A stretch of 64,000 bases of DNA from an uncultured Acidimicrobiaceae bacterium (lineage in GTDB: Bacteria; Actinomycetota; Acidimicrobiia; Acidimicrobiales; Bog-793): the NCBI GenBank assembly GCA_963841155.1, contig CAWJBM010000005.1:11869-75868 (forward strand). Reading direction: 5' to 3'. Both the position numbers and the translations under genes were made by a program. The notes under the pieces were generated by a model. The model was not told the origin of the DNA. It made no database searches and was given only the letters and a program-made list of their open reading frames with translations. Of this stretch, positions 58,570 through 64,000 are shown piece by piece. The stretch's first letter is position 1. Each line of letters opens with the position of its first letter.

Positions 58570-59805
58570 TCAGACCTCGAACACGTACGCCTTGCCGATT
58601 GCGTTTGCTGGAGTTGGAACGGCTTGGTCGCTATACGGCGCACCCACGACGGCGGTCGTGCCTGAGATTGCCACCGAGTACGCGAAGTAGTCATTGGCGA
58701 CGGTGTCGGAGCCCTTCAGTTCGGCGGCCTGCTTCCAGGAGGTCGCCGTCTTCGCGAACACGTACGCCCGCCCGGCACTCTTGGCGTGGAACGGTGTACC
58801 CACGACGGCGGTCGTGCCCGAGATTGCCACGGACCAGGCGAAGCCGTCATCCGCACCGGTGTCGGAACCCTTCAGTTCGGCGGCCTGCTTCCAGGAGGCC
58901 GCTGTCTTCGTGAACACGTAGGCCCGGCCGGCATCTTTGGCGTGGAGGGGTGCACCTACCACGGCGGTCGTGCCCGACGCGACCAACGAGACGCCGAAGC
59001 CGTCACCGGCGACGGTGTCGGAGCCCTTCAGTTCGGCAACCTGCTTCCAGCCGCTAGCTGTGTCGGTGAACACATACGCCCGACCGGCACTCTTGGCGTG
59101 GCCGTCGGCACCCACGATGACGGTGGTGCCAGAGATGGCCGCCGAGGAACCGAAGCCATCACTGGCGACGGTGTCGGAGCCCTTCAGTTCGGCGACCTGC
59201 TCCCAGCCACGAGCTGTGTCGGTGAAGACATACGCCCGACCGCCACTCTTGGCGTGGCCGCCGGCACCCACGATGATTGTTGCGCCCGAGATGGCCAGAG
59301 ACTCGCCGAAGTAATCACCGGCGACGGTGTCGGAGCCCTTCAGCTCGGCGGTTTGCCTCCAGGAGGCCCCCGTCTTGGTGAACACGTACGCCCGGCCGGC
59401 GCTCTTGGCGTGGCCACCGGCACCCACGATGATTCTGGTGCCCGAGATGGCCAGAGACTCGCCGAAGTAATCACCGGCGACGGTGCCGGAGCCCTTCAGA
59501 TCGGCGGTTTGCCTCCAGGAGGCCCCCGTCTTGGTGAACACGTACGCCCGCCCGGCCTTGTTGGCGTGGACCAGCGCACCCACGACTATGGTCGTGTCCG
59601 AGATGGCCACCGAGACGCCGAAGCCGTCACCGGCGACGGTGTCGGAGCCCTTCAGCTCCGCCACCTGCGTCCCTACAGGCGGCGTGGTGCGCGGATTCGC
59701 GCCAACGGCGGAGGCGGTGCTTACCAGCAGTGGCAAGGAAATCGCTCCAACGGCGATGAGACTGACTATGCGGTACCTACGCGTGTGACGCCTCCGAGCA
59801 TGGGC
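58570..59805 (-). CDS. Secreted FG-GAP repeat seven-bladed beta-propeller
   Basis: Seven 52-aa repeats (ELKGSDT...D.FG.SVAISG...VVGA...GRAYVF), exact 156-bp period; signal peptide in frame to 59805 but start codon out of frame. Confidence 0.9.
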   Translation of the reverse strand, partial: AHARRRHTRRYRIVSLIAVGAISLPLLVSTASAVGANPRTTPPVGTQVAELKGSDTVAGDGFGVSVAISDTTIVVGALVHANKAGRAYVFTKTGASWRQTADLKGSGTVAGDYFGESLAISGTRIIVGAGGHAKSAGRAYVFTKTGASWRQTAELKGSDTVAGDYFGESLAISGATIIVGAGGHAKSGGRAYVFTDTARGWEQVAELKGSDTVASDGFGSSAAISGTTVIVGADGHAKSAGRAYVFTDTASGWKQVAELKGSDTVAGDGFGVSLVASGTTAVVGAPLHAKDAGRAYVFTKTAASWKQAAELKGSDTGADDGFAWSVAISGTTAVVGTPFHAKSAGRAYVFAKTATSWKQAAELKGSDTVANDYFAYSVAISGTTAVVGAPYSDQAVPTPANAIGKAYVFEV

Positions 59806-60217
59806 TCACTTCCCAATGACCTTTCAGGAGCCATTTTGTACCTTGGGCAAGCTCCTCGTCAGATCGACGACATCTCGACTCTGGCACGCCGCGGGCACCG
59901 GCACCCGTTTTGGAACCCCGCCTCGAGGCCACAAGGTGGACGAACTGGGCGCCTGTCCGCCGCCGCCGGCGTGCGGGCGGTTGGGCCGCTCGTGGCCCTT
60001 AACTCCTAGCCCTGACTTTCCTGGTGACACAGGCAAGCACAAGGGTGGCCGCGCCGGCCGAAAGCGGGCGGCCGGGCGGCACGCACCGCCACGACCGGGA
60101 CCGGGAGCCTGGAACCGGGTCCTCCGAGCCCAAGCCACGACGGGCGCCACGGCAGCCCGGACAGGGCCGACCGGGGCGGCCGGCGGGGCGGGAGATACCA
60201 AGCCTCAGCCGGGGGTC

Positions 60218-60799
60218 TCAGCTCTTCTGCACCGGCAGCACGTAGATGAAGTTGCCCTTTTTCGAGCAGGCCTGGAAAACCAGGGGCACGAACTTCGCGG
60301 ACGTCTGTCCAGGCGGCTTGATACTGAGGCCCGCGGCCCAGACCGGGCGGCACGCCGAGGGCGTGGAGAAGGCCACATTACTGATGCTGAGTGGGGCTAT
60401 CGCTGTAGCGCTCGATTTCGCCGGATTCGTCCCCAGGGAGACGAGGGACGGCTTGATGGAGGTGGCCGTCGTCGCCGCTGAACCGATTGTCCTGCCGCTC
60501 AAGGCGACTGCCGACACCTTGGGATAGCCCTTCAGCGTGCACGAGCGCCCGGACTCATTTGTGAACTCGATGTTGAACAGGAAGTGGCCGGTGGCGCCAC
60601 CCTCGCTTCGCAACCAGATCACGAGCCCGGATGTCGGGCAGTCTGAAACGCCAACAGCTGGTACACCCTTCTTGCTGTCGGCACCGGCGGCAGTGGCCGC
60701 GAGCGAAGCGACAACCGCTGTCATGACGGCCACAAGAATCAGGCCGACGCGCCACGGACGGCGAATGGAGCCTTGAGTGGAGAAGAGAGCTGACCACAT
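60218..60799 (-). CDS. Secreted DUF4232-like protein
   Basis: Signal/TM helix; C...L, GATG, FTN.SG.SC.L.GYP.V and C.P....L...PPG motifs. Confidence 0.8.
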   Translation of the reverse strand: MWSALFSTQGSIRRPWRVGLILVAVMTAVVASLAATAAGADSKKGVPAVGVSDCPTSGLVIWLRSEGGATGHFLFNIEFTNESGRSCTLKGYPKVSAVALSGRTIGSAATTATSIKPSLVSLGTNPAKSSATAIAPLSISNVAFSTPSACRPVWAAGLSIKPPGQTSAKFVPLVFQACSKKGNFIYVLPVQKS

Positions 60800-60957
60800 A
60801 CTGCCCCCTTTTGTTGTTCGGCGAACCGACCGAGGAACCGGCGACCCGCCTTCTTCGATTCGTCGATCACGATGCTACCGGGACTCGGGCATGACTAGGG
60901 AGGCACTTCCCCGCACACTCCTGCTACTGGTTTCGACTGGCCAGCAGGGGACCGTCG

Positions 60958-61563
60958 TTGAGTGCGCGAACGTCTGACGAGCCCGTTCGTGCGACACAGG
61001 GAAGCACAGTGGCTGCCGTCGGGGACCGCACGGCCGACGTAATTGGCGCTATTGCCGATCGCCATGTGCGTACCCGCGGACTCGAATGGAGTCTCGGACA
61101 GACCGCGGCCCACCTCGTGGTCGGCGTGCGGTCCCACCGCGTCTGGGCGAGGGGGGAAGCCAAGATCGACTACCTCGTTCCCGACCTTGCCGCGGTGAAC
61201 GTACGCGGCATGGAGTCGGTACAGGAGCGAGATCCGGCCGCGCTGGCCGCCATCGTACGGCGGGAGCACGCGACCTTCGTCAGCCAGGCCCCCAAGCAGC
61301 CAGCCGGGGCTTGCCTCACCAGAGGGGGGACCAGACCTGTCTCTGGAGGTGATGATCTCCGTCCACCTGGGGAGATGCCCGTACGCCGATGGGATATCGC
61401 GACGACGCTCGGCTCGCCGTGACGCATTGGACGGGACGAAGCGAACATCGCGGCTCGCGGTGCGCTCCCCCTTCTACCGATCATTTCGGACCCCGTGGCG
61501 GTAGAAGACCTCTTCAGAGCTGAGCTGAGACGCCGCGTGCTCAGTGGCCGTCGTCGAGTCTGA
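60958..61563 (+). pseudogene. Decayed mycothiol-dependent maleylpyruvate-isomerase-family gene
   Basis: WSLGQTAAHL; GEMPVRRWDIA (cf. E..VHGWDIA); TGA at 61420 where PW is expected, with the frame continuing RIGRDEA. Confidence 0.6.
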
Positions 61564-62066
61564 CAGGGAGACAACTGACATCGTCCTTCTTCTTGACAGA
61601 AGACCATCACGGTCCCCTTCCCGCCTGTGGCGGTGTGGGGACCACCGTTCCGCTCGGGTCCTGAGTCGTTTCCGTCAATGGCCCATCGCTCGACTTCGTC
61701 GGGTCCTCAGCGGCGTGTTTCGAACTCTGTTGCCGCGACGTCAACCGTCTCCGTGTTCGAACGGATCCGAGGGCTTCTTCCTGCGAGGTCCGAGAGCTGG
61801 GCTGGAGCTGTCCCGCAGATGATCCGATCAGAGCCATGAGCTCTCTCTGCGTGATGACAGCCGGATGCCGGTGATGCTGAGGAGTAGTCGAAGACCGGGA
61901 GGTCCGTGTTCTAAAGTACATGACAGTACATGAAAGTGCTCTATAGTGGGCACCTGCTCCCTCGGCGAATGCGCAAGCACAGCGAAAGCGGCGCCGGAGC
62001 CCACCGAGTTACGCCCTCCACAGTGCCCCGCCAACCAGCCTCTCGCCACCACGTGGGCGAACGTGG

Positions 62067-62139
62067 TGCGGATTCCGAGCCATTCCGTACACCCGTTCCG
62101 ATCGAATCCGTACACCGATTCCGACGTTTTCGTACACCC
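62067..62139 (+). repeat. IS21 left end with three transposase-binding repeats
   Basis: CGTACACC at 62086, 62109 and 62131. Confidence 0.85.
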
Positions 62140-62221
62140 GGTGAGGAGACTCTCCTAGCAGCTGGCGCGAGGTAGCCCCTGCTCGGCAGGCTCCTCGGAC
62201 AACCCGTCCGAGGAGCAACCG

Positions 62222-63763
62222 TTGACCAGACCCCGTGTCGCCATGCGCAAGATCCGAGATGTCCTCCGGCTGAGCTTCGGTGAAAAGCTCAGCCGCCGCC
62301 AGGTGAGTGCCTCGCTCGGCATTCCCGTCACCACCGTGTCCGACCACGTCATGCGTGCTGTGGCGGCGGGCTTGTCCTGGCCGCTCCCCGACGAGCTCGA
62401 CGACCACGGCCTCGAGCAGTTGTTGTTCCCGCCAGTGGTGCCGTCGGGCATCGTCCGGCCCACTCCGGACTGGAAGTACGTCCACCTCGAGCTGCGGCGA
62501 AAGGGCGTGACGTTGCAGCTTCTCTGGCTCGAGTACCGCGAGGACCATCCCGACGGCTACGGCTACAGCCAGTTCGCCAACCTGTACCGGGCCTTTAGGG
62601 GACAAGTCGACGTCGTCATGCGCCAGGAGCACCGGGCGGGCGAGAAGCTCTTCGTCGACTTCGCGGGCCAGACGATCCCGATCTACGACCGGCGAACCGG
62701 CGAGGTGACACTGCAAGCCGAGCTGTTCGTCGCCGTCGCCGGGGCGTCGAGCTACCTCTACGCCGAGGCCTTCGCCTCCCAGGAGCTCCTGTACTGGGTG
62801 ACCGCCCACACCCACGCCTTCGAGTTCATGGGGGGATGCCACGAGATCGTGGTCTGCGACAACTTGAGATCGGGCGTCACCCGGCCGCACCGTTACGAGC
62901 CGGACGTGAACGCCACCTTCCAGGAGATGGCGGCCCATTACGGCGTCGCGGTCATCCCGACTCGGACCTACAAGGCCCGGGACAAGGCCAAGGCCGAAGC
63001 CGGAGTGCTCTTGGCCGAGCGCTGGATAATTGCCCGGCTGCGACACAGGCACTTCACCTCGCTCGGCGAGGCCAACGCCGCCATCGCCGAGTGCGTGGAA
63101 ACCATCAACTCTCGCCCGTTCAAGAAGCTGGACGGCTCACGCAAGATCCTGTTCGAGGCTTTGGACCGCCCGGCGCTCAGGCCACTTCCGCCAGAGCGTT
63201 ATGAGTTCGCCACCTGGAGGCAGGCCAAGGTCAACATCGACTACCACATCGAGGCCGACCACCACTACTACTCGGTTCCCTACCAGCTCGTCGGCAAGGT
63301 CGTCTACGTGCGCAGCTCCGCCACGACCGTCGAGGCCCTCTACAGCTCAAAGCGTGTCGCCTCGCACCCCCGCAGCTTCAAGCGTGGGCAGTTCACGACC
63401 GATCCGGCCCACATGCCCGAGTCGCACCGGCGCTACGCGCAATGGACCCCGAGCCGCATCATCAACTGGGCGAGCGCCACGGGCCCCTCGGCCGCGAAGC
63501 TCGTCGAGGCGATCATCAGATCCCGGCCCCATCCCGAACAGGGCTTCCGCTCCGCGCTCGGCATCATCCGCCTCGCCGATCGCTACGGCACCGAACGCGT
63601 CGAGGCGGCGTGTGGCCGGGCACTGCACCTTCGCGCCTACTCGTATCGAAGCGTGCAGTCGATCCTTGTCCACTCACTCGACAAACAACCCTTGCCCGAG
63701 GCGCGCCCGAATCGTCCCCATCCCCGCCACCACAACGTGCGCGGGGCGACCTACTACCAATGA
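62222..63763 (+). CDS. istA: IS21 transposase IstA
   Basis: MRKIRDVLRL, LWLEY, FVDFAG, VCDNLRSGV, RDKAKAE, DYHI..HYYSVP and HHNVRG.TYY motifs. Confidence 0.97.
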   Translation: MTRPRVAMRKIRDVLRLSFGEKLSRRQVSASLGIPVTTVSDHVMRAVAAGLSWPLPDELDDHGLEQLLFPPVVPSGIVRPTPDWKYVHLELRRKGVTLQLLWLEYREDHPDGYGYSQFANLYRAFRGQVDVVMRQEHRAGEKLFVDFAGQTIPIYDRRTGEVTLQAELFVAVAGASSYLYAEAFASQELLYWVTAHTHAFEFMGGCHEIVVCDNLRSGVTRPHRYEPDVNATFQEMAAHYGVAVIPTRTYKARDKAKAEAGVLLAERWIIARLRHRHFTSLGEANAAIAECVETINSRPFKKLDGSRKILFEALDRPALRPLPPERYEFATWRQAKVNIDYHIEADHHYYSVPYQLVGKVVYVRSSATTVEALYSSKRVASHPRSFKRGQFTTDPAHMPESHRRYAQWTPSRIINWASATGPSAAKLVEAIIRSRPHPEQGFRSALGIIRLADRYGTERVEAACGRALHLRAYSYRSVQSILVHSLDKQPLPEARPNRPHPRHHNVRGATYYQ

Positions 63764-63774
63764 AAGGAAGACAC

Positions 63775-64000
63775 GTGCTCTCCAACACGACCATCGAGGG
63801 CCTGCACACCCTTCGGCTCCAGGCCATGGCCTCAGGTGTCATCGAACAGCGCGAGCAGCCCGACTACGCCGCTCTCGGCTTCGAGGACCGCCTCGGCCTG
63901 CTCGTCGACCGGGAGCTCCTCGCCCGGAGCAATAGGCGACTGACACGCATGCTCAAGTCCGCGAAGCTCAAGCTGCCCGCGGTGATCGAGGACCTCGACT
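63775..64000 (+). CDS. istB: IS21 helper ATPase IstB (partial)
   Basis: GAAAGGAAG RBS; T..GL..LRL..MA...LGFEDRLGLLVDRE...R..RRL...LK.AKL...A.IED. Confidence 0.93.
   Translation, partial: MLSNTTIEGLHTLRLQAMASGVIEQREQPDYAALGFEDRLGLLVDRELLARSNRRLTRMLKSAKLKLPAVIEDLD

Larger units (their letters stand above)
62067..64000 (+). mobile_element. IS21-family insertion sequence (right end outside the window)
   Basis: TG-initiated left end with three tandem TTCCG..CGTACACC units, followed by istA and istB. Confidence 0.93.

Noticed and set aside
58570-59700. DGR template/variable repeat pair
   Set aside because: All copies are in-frame protein repeats, differences are not adenine-specific, and no reverse transcriptase is present
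59930-60215. Decayed secreted collagen-like gene (TGATAARTGPTGAAGGAG)
   Set aside because: The Gly-X-Y register is too short and broken to distinguish from GC-rich noise
62067-62139. Tandem repeats as CRISPR or iterons
   Set aside because: Explained as IS21 terminal transposase-binding repeats

Overview
High-GC actinobacterial chromosome segment; gene content and style suggest Acidimicrobiia (inference). 1-26 kb is the conserved actinobacterial block thrS-HIT-(EF-G2)-pgsA-patA-pimA-[pdxST]-yebC-ruvCAB-yajC-secDF, plus serS, thiD, an mshC-like ligase and an F420 reductase. It has two lesions. pdxS/pdxT are reduced to a 42-aa pdxT relic. A decayed ~3.6-kb integrative element sits between patA and pimA, carrying WhiB, an in-frame IS607-resolvase/tyrosine-integrase chimera, a frameshifted HEPN-like gene and matching GCGGAC tandem repeats at both ends. 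26-32 kb: MFS, M50 protease, GGDEF relic, typA and a PPi-type pfk. 32-42 kb: a surface-glycan locus with two divergent GT2/GT-C-like pairs flanking a GT2-GT4, a free-standing coiled-coil protein and an FkbM methyltransferase. 43-50 kb: MarR with a heterodimeric ABC exporter, and two oxidoreductases. 50.5-58.2 kb: a phosphorus-uptake island (Pho84-type MFS, phoU, CBS protein, pstSCAB). Its PstS has a remodelled ligand pocket (T10N, D56E, T141P in E. coli numbering), which is the best candidate here for an undescribed system. 58-64 kb: FG-GAP propeller, DUF4232 protein, pseudogenes and an IS21 element truncated by the window end. No tRNA, rRNA or CRISPR array was seen. Several single-base frameshifts in otherwise intact genes may be sequencing errors.
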